64,000 nucleotides of DNA from an uncultured Bacteroidota bacterium. Lineage in GTDB: Bacteria > CLD3 > SB21. Below, in pieces: positions 51,336 to 63,437 of this stretch. Below the pieces are notes generated by a model, which saw only the letters and a program-made list of their open reading frames with translations, did not search any database and was not told where the DNA came from. Within the stretch, counting starts at the first letter, position 1. Every line of letters starts with the position of its first letter. Position numbers and translations under genes: made by a program. Where the stretch lies: the NCBI GenBank assembly GCA_964602985.1, contig CAZRTJ010000014.1, forward strand, positions 33,356 to 97,355, in the 5' to 3' direction.

Positions 51336-52175
51336 ATGAAACGAATAATCGTCGTTATTATCGTTACCGTCATCATCACGGCCGTCGCGACGTACTCCGG
51401 AACCCGCTACATCTTCGAGCAACCGATCTTGAACAAGAACGTTGTCGTTCGCTCTGTGAACTCCACCATCCTTGACGAAACGCGACCGTTTCTGGTGCAC
51501 TTGCCAGAAAGTTATTCCAGAGACTTAAACAGACGATACCCGGCGCTGTACGTCCTCGACGGTTCTTCGCAGGACTTACATACAGCAAAGTCAGCCGGCA
51601 TGCTGTCGCGCATCGGCGTCATGCCGGAAATTCTCGTTGTGGGTATTCCAAACGTCAATGGCACAGGCCGTCAACGCGACTACACGCCCCCCGGCATGCG
51701 TCAGGACATCGATGAACCGGACAGCCCGGAAGGTCAGGCGGACAAGTTTCTCTCCTTCCTCAAGCACGATTTGATCCCGGCGATCGAACAGGATTACCGC
51801 ACCGACGGAAGGCGAATGCTTGCGGGAAATTCGCGAGGCGGTCTTTTTGTGATCTACTCATTGATAGCGGACCCAAGCCTGTTCGATGCCCGATTCGCTC
51901 ACAGTCCTGCGCTCTGGCGTGATAACGATTCGATCATTGTGCGGCTTGAACGTTTTCTGGAAACGTCCAGGGAACAGCAGGGGTTTCTTTTCGTCAGTCT
52001 GGGGGACGCCGAGAACGACAAGATGACCCGGTCCTTCCGACGACTCACCGCGCTTCTCCAGGCGAGCGCACCTCCCTCCTTGTTATTCCAATCCTACTTC
52101 AGTCGAGGCGGAACCCACCGCGACAACGCTGAGATTTCCACACCGGTCGGACTCCACGCATTTTTCACACCGTGA
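51336..52175 (+). CDS. esterase (putative esterase / siderophore-esterase-like alpha/beta hydrolase)
   Basis: N-terminal TM anchor; YVLDG...GNSRGG (GxSxG) is typical of the PF00756-like esterases. Confidence 0.7.
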   Translation: MKRIIVVIIVTVIITAVATYSGTRYIFEQPILNKNVVVRSVNSTILDETRPFLVHLPESYSRDLNRRYPALYVLDGSSQDLHTAKSAGMLSRIGVMPEILVVGIPNVNGTGRQRDYTPPGMRQDIDEPDSPEGQADKFLSFLKHDLIPAIEQDYRTDGRRMLAGNSRGGLFVIYSLIADPSLFDARFAHSPALWRDNDSIIVRLERFLETSREQQGFLFVSLGDAENDKMTRSFRRLTALLQASAPPSLLFQSYFSRGGTHRDNAEISTPVGLHAFFTP

Positions 52176-52341
52176 AATCCATCTGATCATGAACGGACTC
52201 TTGACCCGTCCTAGTCTCGACAATCAACGCCTGAGAGTTCTGCAGTCACCGCACGGATGGAACATCCGGCTGAACGCTGACTATTTCCTTTCTACGGAAA
52301 ACTGGATAGGTTTGAGACAGACCAACGAAGGAGGAGGAAAC

Positions 52342-53364
52342 ATGTTCGGCATGCGATTCATCAAGGTCGAGCCCACGGAGTATCTTTTGCAATTCAAACG
52401 CGGCAAGGTGGTACGCGAAGGCGCCGGCTTGTCGTTCTTCTATTTTGCGCCGACAACCTCGCTCGTCCGCATTCCCATCGGCAGTGCGGATGTTCCGTTC
52501 ATTTTCGTGGAAGTCACCGCGGATTTCCAACAAGTGACGGTCCAGGGGCAATTGACCTATCGCGTCGCGGAGGCGGGGAAACTGTCCCAATTGCTGAACT
52601 TCACATTGGCGGCCAATGGGAAAGACTACGCATCCGATGATCCCAAGAAACTTCCTCAGCGGCTGGTCAATCACGTGCAGGTGCTGACTCAGGCGTCTCT
52701 GAAATCTCTTCGGTTGAGAGAAGCGTTGGGTCAATCGGATGCGCTCGTGGCGTCGTTGCGAAAAGGGCTCCAGTCCCTGGAAACGATCGGTTCCCTCGGG
52801 ATCGAAATCCTCGGCCTCTCGATCCTGGCCATCAAACCGACTCCGGAGACGGCACGAGCTCTGGAAGCCGAAGCGCGCGAACAGGTCCTTCGCGAGGCCG
52901 ACGAGGCGATCTACGCCAGACGCAATGCGGCGGTGGAACAGGAGCGCAACATCAAGGAAAACGAATTGAACACCGAGATTGCGGTCGAGAACAAGAAGCG
53001 GCAGATCAAGGAAGCCCAAATGGAGGCCGAGAAATCTGTCCAGCAGAAGAAGCGGGAGCTTCGGGAAGCGGAAATGGCCGCGGAGATCTCAATCGAAGAA
53101 AAAAAGAAACAACTCATCGCCTTGTCCACGGCCAACGCGCGGGAGGAAGCAGATTCCAAGGCATACGGCATTGCCGCCATGATGAAAGCCTTGTCCCAAA
53201 GCGACCCGAAGACTCTTCTGGCGCTGACGAGCGTCGGCATGGACGCGGGAAAGCTTGTCGCTCTCGCCTTCAAGGAACTCGCGGAGAGCGCCGACAAGAT
53301 CGGCCAACTGAACGTGTCGCCGGACCTTCTGCGCGAACTGCTTCAGCGAACCGCTCCCAAGTGA
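52342..53364 (+). CDS. SPFH/band-7 domain protein with C-terminal coiled coil (flotillin-like)
   Basis: AIKPTPETARALEAEAREQVLREADEAIYARRNAAVEQER is the SPFH signature region; ATG 8 nt after GGAGGAGGA. Confidence 0.75.
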   Translation: MFGMRFIKVEPTEYLLQFKRGKVVREGAGLSFFYFAPTTSLVRIPIGSADVPFIFVEVTADFQQVTVQGQLTYRVAEAGKLSQLLNFTLAANGKDYASDDPKKLPQRLVNHVQVLTQASLKSLRLREALGQSDALVASLRKGLQSLETIGSLGIEILGLSILAIKPTPETARALEAEAREQVLREADEAIYARRNAAVEQERNIKENELNTEIAVENKKRQIKEAQMEAEKSVQQKKRELREAEMAAEISIEEKKKQLIALSTANAREEADSKAYGIAAMMKALSQSDPKTLLALTSVGMDAGKLVALAFKELAESADKIGQLNVSPDLLRELLQRTAPK

Positions 53365-54302
53365 CGGAGAGAAGAACCGAAAATAAGATCGTCATCGTCG
53401 TGCGGCGAACACGGCTGGACGAGTTGGTCGCCCGATTCAACACCGAGGATCAGGCGCGATTCTACGTGGAACATCTTCGCGCCGATTTTTCTGACTACCA
53501 GGCCGAGGATCGCGTGTACAAAGAAGTCATTCAGCGCGCGCACGAGATTCTTTCGCGCCACGGCCGGGTTCATGTGGTCGACCGGTCGTTCGTGCCGAAT
53601 TTTGTCTTCGGACCTCACGATACCATTGTTGCCATCGGACAGGACGGCCTCGTCGCAAATGTCCTGAAGTATCTGGACGGTCAATGGCTCATCGGAGTCA
53701 ACCCGGACGTCAAACGATGGGAGGGCGTCCTTCTGCCGTTTACGGTCACCGACCTGGACCGTATCCTCCCTGAGGTTTTCGCGCGCAAGCGGCCAATCGC
53801 AGACGTGACCATGGCGGAGGCGATATTGAACAACGGCCAGCGCCTGTCGGCTGTGAACGATGTATTCATCGGTCCGCGTTCCCACACGTCGGCACGGTAT
53901 GCAATTCGAATCGGAGATCGATCCGAACATCACTCGTCCAGCGGCATCATCGTTTCGACGGGTCTCGGTTCCACAGGGTGGTTCCGCAGTGTGATGGCCG
54001 GTGCGACCGGGATCGCTTCCGCTCTGATGGGGACCGACGTCGGCACCGGGGCGCGCAAACCCGTGGCCTGGAATGCAGAGTACTTGTTCTTCTCCGTCCG
54101 GGAACCCTGGCCAAGCAAGACCTCCGGTGCGACCATCACCTTCGGCAAAGTGACGCGCGACCAGCCTCTTGTCCTTGTCTCTCAGATGCCGGAAAACGGA
54201 GTCATCTTCAGCGACGGAATTGAATCCGACTTTCTTCAGTTCAATTCGGGCACAGAAGCGACGATCACGCTCATGGAAAAGAAGGGCCACCTCGTCAAGT
54301 GA
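53361..54302 (+). CDS. ATP-NAD kinase (NadK/PpnK)-like family protein, divergent
   Basis: GTG start overlaps the SPFH stop (GTGA). IVAIGQDGLVANVL (GGDG-like) and NDVFIG...SGIIVSTGLGSTGW resemble NAD kinase motifs. Confidence 0.6.
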   Translation: MTERRTENKIVIVVRRTRLDELVARFNTEDQARFYVEHLRADFSDYQAEDRVYKEVIQRAHEILSRHGRVHVVDRSFVPNFVFGPHDTIVAIGQDGLVANVLKYLDGQWLIGVNPDVKRWEGVLLPFTVTDLDRILPEVFARKRPIADVTMAEAILNNGQRLSAVNDVFIGPRSHTSARYAIRIGDRSEHHSSSGIIVSTGLGSTGWFRSVMAGATGIASALMGTDVGTGARKPVAWNAEYLFFSVREPWPSKTSGATITFGKVTRDQPLVLVSQMPENGVIFSDGIESDFLQFNSGTEATITLMEKKGHLVK

Positions 54303-54329
54303 GACATCCGACATCACGCACGGCTATCC

Positions 54330-55421
54330 TTGCAAGTTGCAACAAAGCACGATCTGTTGCCGTATGGAGCTTTCATGACGTGCCCTGTCCTTTCGCACTC
54401 TGACCATTCTTTGCAATCATCTGGCAGGACACGTGTGAGCACCCTGTCTCTTCTTCCGCTTCTCCTGCTTTCGATTGCATCTTCAGTCGCTCAGATCAAG
54501 TGGGAACGTGTGCGAGTCCCCACGTCGGACCCTCTTCATGACATATTCTTTCTGAACGATTCCCTCGGCTGGAGTTATTCGTATGGGACAGGACTGATCC
54601 TGAAGACGACGGATTCCGGCGTGAACTGGGATGTTGTGTCACGACTCGACTCCGTCTACTACGAACAAATCCAATTTGTCGACGCCAGCGTCGGCTACCT
54701 CTGCGGCGGAAACAACCATGTACTCAAGACGATGGACGGCGGTCTCTCGTGGGTGTCCATCGCAATTCCACATTCTTCCGACGCGCTTTTCCACCTGACC
54801 TATGCCATGCATTTCCATGACCGACTGATCGGATGGGTCGCGCAGAGCAGTTTTGGTCTGATCGCGAGAAATAACCGCAAGTATCTTGACTGGGCAAACG
54901 GCAGGCACCGAATACTCCAGACGACCGATGGCGGAGAAAACTGGATCGCGCTTCCGCCACCGCCCGACCAATTCTTGAATTTCTTCTTTCTGAGCGACTC
55001 CATCGCCGTCGCGACCGGATCGGGGGGCTCTGTGTATCGCACGACCGATGGCGGCAGCGCGTGGGTTTGTGTGTTTCGTGACAGCGCAGTTGGACAAATT
55101 CGTGGGCTCTGGTTTGTCGACCAACAAAATGGCTTTGCCGTGACATGGAATGGATTTGTTCTGAAGACCATCGACGGCGGCCGATCCTGGAGCGTGTCGA
55201 GAATCGAAGGATTGTTTCGTTCCATTTGTTTTCTGGACAAGAACACAGGCGTGATCGTTGGAAATGCGAAACCCCATTCGTTGCTTATGACTTCCGACTC
55301 GGGAGGCAGCTGGCAACCTGTCCTCGACGGTTACCCCGATTTGCACCGCGTCCGGAAAAGTACAAACTATTATTGGATTTGCGGGAAGGACGGAACCATT
55401 CTCAGAGGATCCACGCATTGA
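54330..55421 (+). CDS. BNR/Ycf48-like beta-propeller repeat protein, secreted
   Basis: Repeated [TS]xDGGxxW motifs (TTDSGVNW, TMDGGLSW, TTDGGENW, TTDGGSAW, TIDGGRSW, TSDSGGSW); signal peptide LSLLPLLLLSIASSVAQ. Confidence 0.6.
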   Translation: MQVATKHDLLPYGAFMTCPVLSHSDHSLQSSGRTRVSTLSLLPLLLLSIASSVAQIKWERVRVPTSDPLHDIFFLNDSLGWSYSYGTGLILKTTDSGVNWDVVSRLDSVYYEQIQFVDASVGYLCGGNNHVLKTMDGGLSWVSIAIPHSSDALFHLTYAMHFHDRLIGWVAQSSFGLIARNNRKYLDWANGRHRILQTTDGGENWIALPPPPDQFLNFFFLSDSIAVATGSGGSVYRTTDGGSAWVCVFRDSAVGQIRGLWFVDQQNGFAVTWNGFVLKTIDGGRSWSVSRIEGLFRSICFLDKNTGVIVGNAKPHSLLMTSDSGGSWQPVLDGYPDLHRVRKSTNYYWICGKDGTILRGSTH

Positions 55422-55483
55422 CGGAACTTTCGACTGCTTTCACATTGTATCGGATTTAAAATTCCCTTCAAACAGGATCGAGA

Positions 55484-55936
55484 ATGACAACCGCACAGCA
55501 CACACAGACATTCGATCTCGAACAACCTGTGATCGACGTATTTCCTCTGTTCTCTCCGGAAGGGGAAAAGCGCTGGGTACCGGAATGGGACTACGAGAAC
55601 GTCATGGGATCGAACGACTTGTCGGAGGACTATGTCTTCCTCACGAGATCTCACGACCATGGAACGACCGAAGCCATCTGGCTGGTCAAACGATTCGACC
55701 CCGACGATCACACCGTGGAGTACTACAAGATTGAACCCGCGGATAAAGTGGGCGTCGTGCGAGTGACGTGCACCTCACTGGAGGATCGGGGCACGCGGGT
55801 CGAGGTGACATACAAGTACATTGCCCTCTCGGAAACAGGACGGACCTTCATCGCCGGATTCACGGCGGACGTGTACAAAAACTTCATCGAGGAGTGGCGA
55901 CGCCTCCTTCTGACGTACTTTGCGACACGGCGGTGA
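55484..55936 (+). CDS. SRPBCC (START/Bet v1-like) superfamily protein
   Basis: Size and pattern of AHSA1/polyketide-cyclase-like proteins; low-specificity assignment. Confidence 0.45.
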   Translation: MTTAQHTQTFDLEQPVIDVFPLFSPEGEKRWVPEWDYENVMGSNDLSEDYVFLTRSHDHGTTEAIWLVKRFDPDDHTVEYYKIEPADKVGVVRVTCTSLEDRGTRVEVTYKYIALSETGRTFIAGFTADVYKNFIEEWRRLLLTYFATRR

Positions 55937-56046
55937 AGCGTTCTGGAAGGTTGTCAGCAAATCCTGATCGACACCGATCACAACGAACGATGATAAGACG
56001 ATAACTCCCCCGCCCCTTTGGGCGGAATCCTCAGAAGGAGAACATC

Positions 56047-56664
56047 ATGGGAAAGAACAGACTGGAAGCTTTCAGCGACGGCGTCCTGGCTATCATTATT
56101 ACGATCATGGTGCTGGAGCTGAAAATTCCTCATGGCTCCTCGTGGGAGGATCTGATGCCGTTGGCGCCGGTATTCCTGAGTTATGTGTTGAGTTTTCTTT
56201 ACGTAGGAATCTATTGGAATAACCACCATCACATGCTCCACACCTGCGCGAAAGTCACGGGACCGGTCTTGTGGGCAAATCTGCACTTGTTGTTTTGGCT
56301 TTCCTTGTTTCCTTTCGTGACCGGTTGGATGGGCGAGAATCATTTTGCGGCCCTGCCGTCAGCGGTATACGGGATGGTATTACTCGCGGCCGCTGTCGCA
56401 TACTATGTTCTGCAGCAAACGATCGTCGCGTCCCAGGGAGCGGCCTCCCTGCTCAAGCAGGCGATCGGCTCGGATTGGAAGGGAAAGCTCTCTCTGGTGA
56501 TCTACGCGGTGGCGGTTCCCATCACGTTCTTTCAGGCCTGGCTGGGACAAATCCTGTATGTCGCGGTGGCGCTCATCTGGCTCATCCCCGATCCACGCAT
56601 CGAACAGACATTGAACCGGGTGGAATCTGCGGTATCCGATCGTCCGCATTCGCCGCAGGCATAG
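56047..56664 (+). CDS. TMEM175/DUF1211 family K+ channel-like membrane protein
   Basis: RLEAFSDGVLAIIITIMVLE is the hallmark RxxxFSD helix-1 motif; about 6 TM helices. Confidence 0.75.
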   Translation: MGKNRLEAFSDGVLAIIITIMVLELKIPHGSSWEDLMPLAPVFLSYVLSFLYVGIYWNNHHHMLHTCAKVTGPVLWANLHLLFWLSLFPFVTGWMGENHFAALPSAVYGMVLLAAAVAYYVLQQTIVASQGAASLLKQAIGSDWKGKLSLVIYAVAVPITFFQAWLGQILYVAVALIWLIPDPRIEQTLNRVESAVSDRPHSPQA

Positions 56665-57311
56665 AAGGTGTGCGGGAAACCTCCGCATTGGACATCGAAC
56701 ATCCGATTCCTGTACGTCAACATCTGGAGAACCGTATGCTCGCATGGAACGTATTTGTCTACCGCATCGTCGGAGAGGGAGAACGCGTTTTGCTGGCCCG
56801 GTGGATGACCGGCGCGTTTGGACTCAAGTGGTTGGACGAGTTCATTCAATCGAAAAAGGCCGTCAGCCTCGGAGGCGACGGTTATCCTGTGCGGTATACT
56901 CTGAAAGGCTCCGCTCTTCGGCAGGCGCTATCACAAGGGTTGCCGACGAATCACAGTCCAATGGTGATCGGTGAAGATTATGTCATGGGATCGGGATGGA
57001 ATGGCGAGCGGCAAGTGGACGAGGTCTTGCTCGCGGACTGTGGTGACGACGAAGATCTGGCTCTCGAAGCCTGGGATCAAAGTTAGACAGCCTCCATGCG
57101 TCCGAATGGAACCTGGCGATTCAAGAAGAAGCGAATCTGAATAGGCCATTTCTACCCGAGAACCTGTCAAGAGTCAGCAGTGACGATCAAAAGCGTTGTG
57201 TCTATTGTCCTTGCCTCGAACGATGGCAGGGATGTATCTTCACGCCATTATCCTGCTGAGAAGAGCATGGCCGACGGCAACAGAACGAGAATTTCTACAA
57301 AGAAACGATAG

Positions 57312-59483
<2,172 letters not shown>

Positions 59484-59532
59484 CGGCGCCTCGGGTATTT
59501 CTCCATTGTTTTGGTGAGGAGAAAGACTGCGC

Positions 59533-60153
59533 ATGAGACCATCCATTCGCCGAATCGGATACCGATGCGGGATCGTCGCGTGCGCCTCCGCGGTCGCGTA
59601 CGATGTCGTGCAGATCATGCAGGTTGGGGGCGTGGTTCACTTCCCACTCGACGAAATCCTGATCTACGGGACCTCGCTGTGCATTGTCGTGCCGTTTGTG
59701 CTGGAGATGCTCGCTTTTCATTATGTCACGGCGCCGGACAAGCAATTCTGGTCTCATGCGGCGCTGATTTTCACGATCGTCTATGCCGTCTTTGTCACGG
59801 CCAATTACGTCGTCCAACTCGCGACGGTGATTCCGTCGAAGAGGGCGGGAACTTTGGAAGCGATTCGCGTACTCGAACAGACACCTCACTCTCTGTTCTG
59901 GAATTTTGACGCGATCGGTTACATTTCGATGGGGCTGGCGACGGCGTTGGCGATTCCCGCAGTGGACAACGCCGGTTTCGAAAAGTGGGTGCGGATTTCC
60001 CTGATGGCCAATGCGCTGGTCACGCCGTTGATCAGCATTGTGTATTTCTACCCCACGTTCTCGCAGAATTTGCTGTACCTGGGTTTTCCCTGGGCCGTCA
60101 CGGCGCCCCTTTTCATGGGAATGATCGCGATCCTGTTGCGGCGGCGAGAGTAG
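59533..60153 (+). CDS. hypothetical integral membrane protein
   Basis: 5-6 hydrophobic helices; downstream of katG on the same strand. Confidence 0.5.
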   Translation: MRPSIRRIGYRCGIVACASAVAYDVVQIMQVGGVVHFPLDEILIYGTSLCIVVPFVLEMLAFHYVTAPDKQFWSHAALIFTIVYAVFVTANYVVQLATVIPSKRAGTLEAIRVLEQTPHSLFWNFDAIGYISMGLATALAIPAVDNAGFEKWVRISLMANALVTPLISIVYFYPTFSQNLLYLGFPWAVTAPLFMGMIAILLRRRE

Positions 60154-60169
60154 AGATTGGGAGAGTCGA

Positions 60170-60255
60170 AATCTGGCCTCCTCGACTCCCGCTCGGAGGC
60201 CGATCCGGTTATCGAGCGGAGTTATCTCGACTTCGCTCGATAACCGAACTCGAGG
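60170..60255. repeat. REP-like element, inverted copy of the 51186-51305 element
   Basis: The reverse complement matches 51190-51275 almost base for base. Confidence 0.6.
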
Positions 60256-60794
60256 CCGTTTGTGCAAGACCATCCGGGGACCCTTTGATGGACACATCCC
60301 CACAAAAAAAACTTTTGCTTACAGGGGTTTTGATATAGATTTCGTGGCAGGTCATTTTCGGGACCGGTATGGGTTTCGTTCTCACGGAATGCGGAGCGAG
60401 GATGTTCCTTCAAGCGGTAAGAATCTGCGGCCTCCGCGGCAGTCTCACGGCAGAGTTCAATTCCCGACGCTTTCTCGATTGCCCGGACAGCGGAGACAGA
60501 GCCACCGACCGTCGAGTTCACAGTCCTGCCGGCATTTCCTGCTAGACGACCCGGCCAGGTCGAAACTCGCCTTTTGCAACGTCCTATGCGTAAGATATGA
60601 GGTTCGAACGATTCCCAGTTGGATTCATGATTTTCCCCGTTTTCGCGCTCTTCGGCGGTCCGTGGATGCCCGTTTCCGATCGTTTGCAGGTTGCGTTTGT
60701 CCCTGATCCGGCAGACTTGACCCGCCTGCAGACCTACAAAGGGTGGCTCTTCCTCGTCAATACGTCGTAAGTGATAAGTGAATAGAGGTGGCTT

Positions 60795-63434
60795 ATGGGA
60801 GTCCATAGAAAAAAGAAGTCAACGACCCGGCGTTTGTCCAGTCAGACGGTACGAGGCGCTAAACGCCAACGATCAATACCGCGGAGCAATCCCTCCAGTT
60901 CAAGGACCAAAACCCACAAAGCACAGATCCCCGGCATACTTGAACGCATCACCGATGGCATCGTGGCGTTCGATGCACAGATGAATTATCTCTTCGTCAA
61001 TGAGAGCGCTGGCCAATCACTTGGACGCAAACCCGCCGATCTGATCGGCAAGAACTACTGGGTGGAATTTCCCGAAGCGGAGGGCACGCCGTTCGCGAAC
61101 GCCTACATGAAAGCCTTGAAAACGCAAGAACCTCTGGTGATCGAGGACCATTATGCGCCATGGGATCGCTGGTTCGAAAACCGCATCTACCCTTCGAAGG
61201 ACGGGCTTTGCATTTTTTTCTCGGAGATCACCGAACGCAAGAAAGCGGAGGAAGCGTTGCAGGTCCAAAGCCGGTTCATCAATACGCTGGCGAACACACT
61301 GCCCACCATCATATATGTCTACGATATGGAGACCCAAAGCAATGTCTATTCCAATGATGGCATGGAATCTGTACTCGGCTTCACGCCTCGGGAGGTGCAG
61401 GAGATGGGAGCCGAAGTATTTGCGCGCCTCATCCATCCCGATGACCTGGAGGCGGTAATCGAATTTCAATCGCATGTCGCGTCCGCAAGGGACGAAAGCG
61501 TGTTGGAAATCGAATATCGCATGCGGCGCAAAGGGGGAGATTGGCGCTGGCTCCACAGTTACGAACGTCCATTCGTGCGTAACGCGGAGGGCGGGTTGAA
61601 ACAGAAGATCGGCATTGCGGTGGACATCACCGAACGTAAACGGGACGAACTCCTGCTGGAGACGGAAAAACAAATTCTCGAAATGATCGCCTCGGACGCC
61701 ACTCTGCCCGAAGCGCTGGAAAAGATTGTTCTGAACATCGAAGCCTTGGCGCGAGTGACGATTGCCTCGGTTCTCCTGCTCGGCTCCGACGGGCTGCACG
61801 TGCATTACGGCGCGGCGCCCCACCTGCCCAAGTCCTACAGCGACGCGCTCGAAGGTGCGCCGATCGGTCCCGTGGCCGGCTCGTGCGGAACGGCTCTGTA
61901 CAGGCGTGAAACGGTGATCGTGACGGATATCGAGACCGACCCGCTGTGGGACGATTACCGAACGCTGGCGCGCGCCCATGGACTGCGCGCCTGCTGGTCC
62001 ACGCCAGTAATCGCTTTCGATGGGAAGGTACTGGCGAGTTTTGCCATGTACTACCGCGAGACACGCCAACCCGAAGCGCAGGATTTGAAACTCATCGAAC
62101 GCGCCGTGCATCTTGCGCGAATTGCCATTGAGCGCAAGCAGGTGGAGGAGGCGTTGCAAGAATCCGAACGGCGGCTTTCAACGCTCATCAGCAACCTGCC
62201 GGGCGCGGTGTATCGCGCCCGCAACGATAGGGCTTGGGCGACGGAGTTCGTCAGCGAAGGCATCCTGCATCTGACGGGCTATCCAGCCTCCGACTTCACT
62301 CAACAACGCCGCGAAATCGGCGATTTGATTCACCCGGACGACCGCGAGCGCGTCTGGGACGACATCCAATCCGCGTTGGGCGAGCCGGCCGGCAGTATTG
62401 AACAGGTCTGGCTGCTTGGAATCATTGCCCTGCTGACCCTGTTGATAGCCGTGGTCAACTACGTCAATTTGTCTACTGCACGATCGGAGCGCAGGGCGCG
62501 TGAAGTGGGAATCCGAAAAACAGTCGGCGGTTCGGTGCCGCAGATTGCAGGGTTGCTGCTGCTGGAAACCTCGATGCTTGCGGCGATTTCCATTGTTTTT
62601 GCATGCGTCATAACGGAAGTGGCCGCCCCGTGGGTGAGCGATCTTGCAGGCAAAACGCTCAGCTTGGGGCAACTGGGACCGGAAATGTTTGTTATTACGG
62701 CCGGGGTCTCGTGGTTTATCGTATCGCTGATGGCGGGCGCATATCCGGCGCTGGTGTTGTCGCGTCTTAGACCCATCCACGTAATCAAGGGAAGCGTGGG
62801 CCAGCCGGCCGCCATCAACAAACTGCGTGGAACCCTCGTGGTGTTTCAGTTTGCCGTTTCGATGGTCCTTATTATAGGCGCCCTGGTGGCTGTTGATCAA
62901 ATGGAATTCCTTTCCAGACGCAACCTTGGATTTGACCGTGATCATATACTGATCTCCTCGGTGGGCGACAACAGCTCGCGCGAGAAGATTGTAACGCTAA
63001 AGAACGTCCTGGAAAGGATACCGGGCGTGCAATCGGCGTCGGTAAGCTCGGCAAAGCCGTCGCGCATTCAATCGGGGTACACTGCCTTTGGTGAAGGCCT
63101 CGATCCGGATCATCCGCCGTTGGTCACGGCGCTCTGTACCGACGAGGATTTTGTCAGGACCATGAACCTCACGCTGCTGGCAGGACCCGGTTTTCCGCCG
63201 ATTACCCTGGACGACGGAAACTACTACTACATGGTCAACGAGACGGCCCTTGCCAGATTCGGATGGACGGTGGAAGACGCCATTGGACGGGAGTTTAATC
63301 TGCAGGGCGGCCGTCCCGGCCGGGTGGTTGGAGTAGTCAGGGATTTTAATTTTCGCTCGCTGCATCAGCAAATCGGGCCACTTGTGCTGTTTAACGAACT
63401 TTTTCAGGCACAATACCTGTTGATCAAGGTGTAG
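60795..63434 (+). CDS. chimeric ORF: PAS-PAS-GAF-PAS sensor module (no kinase core) joined near 62400 to the distal part of an FtsX/MacB-type ABC permease; ends at an in-frame TAG
   Basis: N-terminal 535 aa: PAS and GAF patterns. From VWLLGIIALLTLLIAVVNYVNLSTARSERRAREVGIRKTVGG onward: FtsX domain signature. Confidence 0.6.
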   Translation: MGVHRKKKSTTRRLSSQTVRGAKRQRSIPRSNPSSSRTKTHKAQIPGILERITDGIVAFDAQMNYLFVNESAGQSLGRKPADLIGKNYWVEFPEAEGTPFANAYMKALKTQEPLVIEDHYAPWDRWFENRIYPSKDGLCIFFSEITERKKAEEALQVQSRFINTLANTLPTIIYVYDMETQSNVYSNDGMESVLGFTPREVQEMGAEVFARLIHPDDLEAVIEFQSHVASARDESVLEIEYRMRRKGGDWRWLHSYERPFVRNAEGGLKQKIGIAVDITERKRDELLLETEKQILEMIASDATLPEALEKIVLNIEALARVTIASVLLLGSDGLHVHYGAAPHLPKSYSDALEGAPIGPVAGSCGTALYRRETVIVTDIETDPLWDDYRTLARAHGLRACWSTPVIAFDGKVLASFAMYYRETRQPEAQDLKLIERAVHLARIAIERKQVEEALQESERRLSTLISNLPGAVYRARNDRAWATEFVSEGILHLTGYPASDFTQQRREIGDLIHPDDRERVWDDIQSALGEPAGSIEQVWLLGIIALLTLLIAVVNYVNLSTARSERRAREVGIRKTVGGSVPQIAGLLLLETSMLAAISIVFACVITEVAAPWVSDLAGKTLSLGQLGPEMFVITAGVSWFIVSLMAGAYPALVLSRLRPIHVIKGSVGQPAAINKLRGTLVVFQFAVSMVLIIGALVAVDQMEFLSRRNLGFDRDHILISSVGDNSSREKIVTLKNVLERIPGVQSASVSSAKPSRIQSGYTAFGEGLDPDHPPLVTALCTDEDFVRTMNLTLLAGPGFPPITLDDGNYYYMVNETALARFGWTVEDAIGREFNLQGGRPGRVVGVVRDFNFRSLHQQIGPLVLFNELFQAQYLLIKV

Positions 63435-63437
63435 ACT

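Noticed and set aside
56271-57086. 271-aa ORF overlapping the TMEM175-like gene in another frame
   Set aside because: Most of it is the out-of-frame shadow of the strongly supported DUF1211 gene. Only the last ~116 codons (56737-57086) lie in intergenic space and remain a weak hypothetical.
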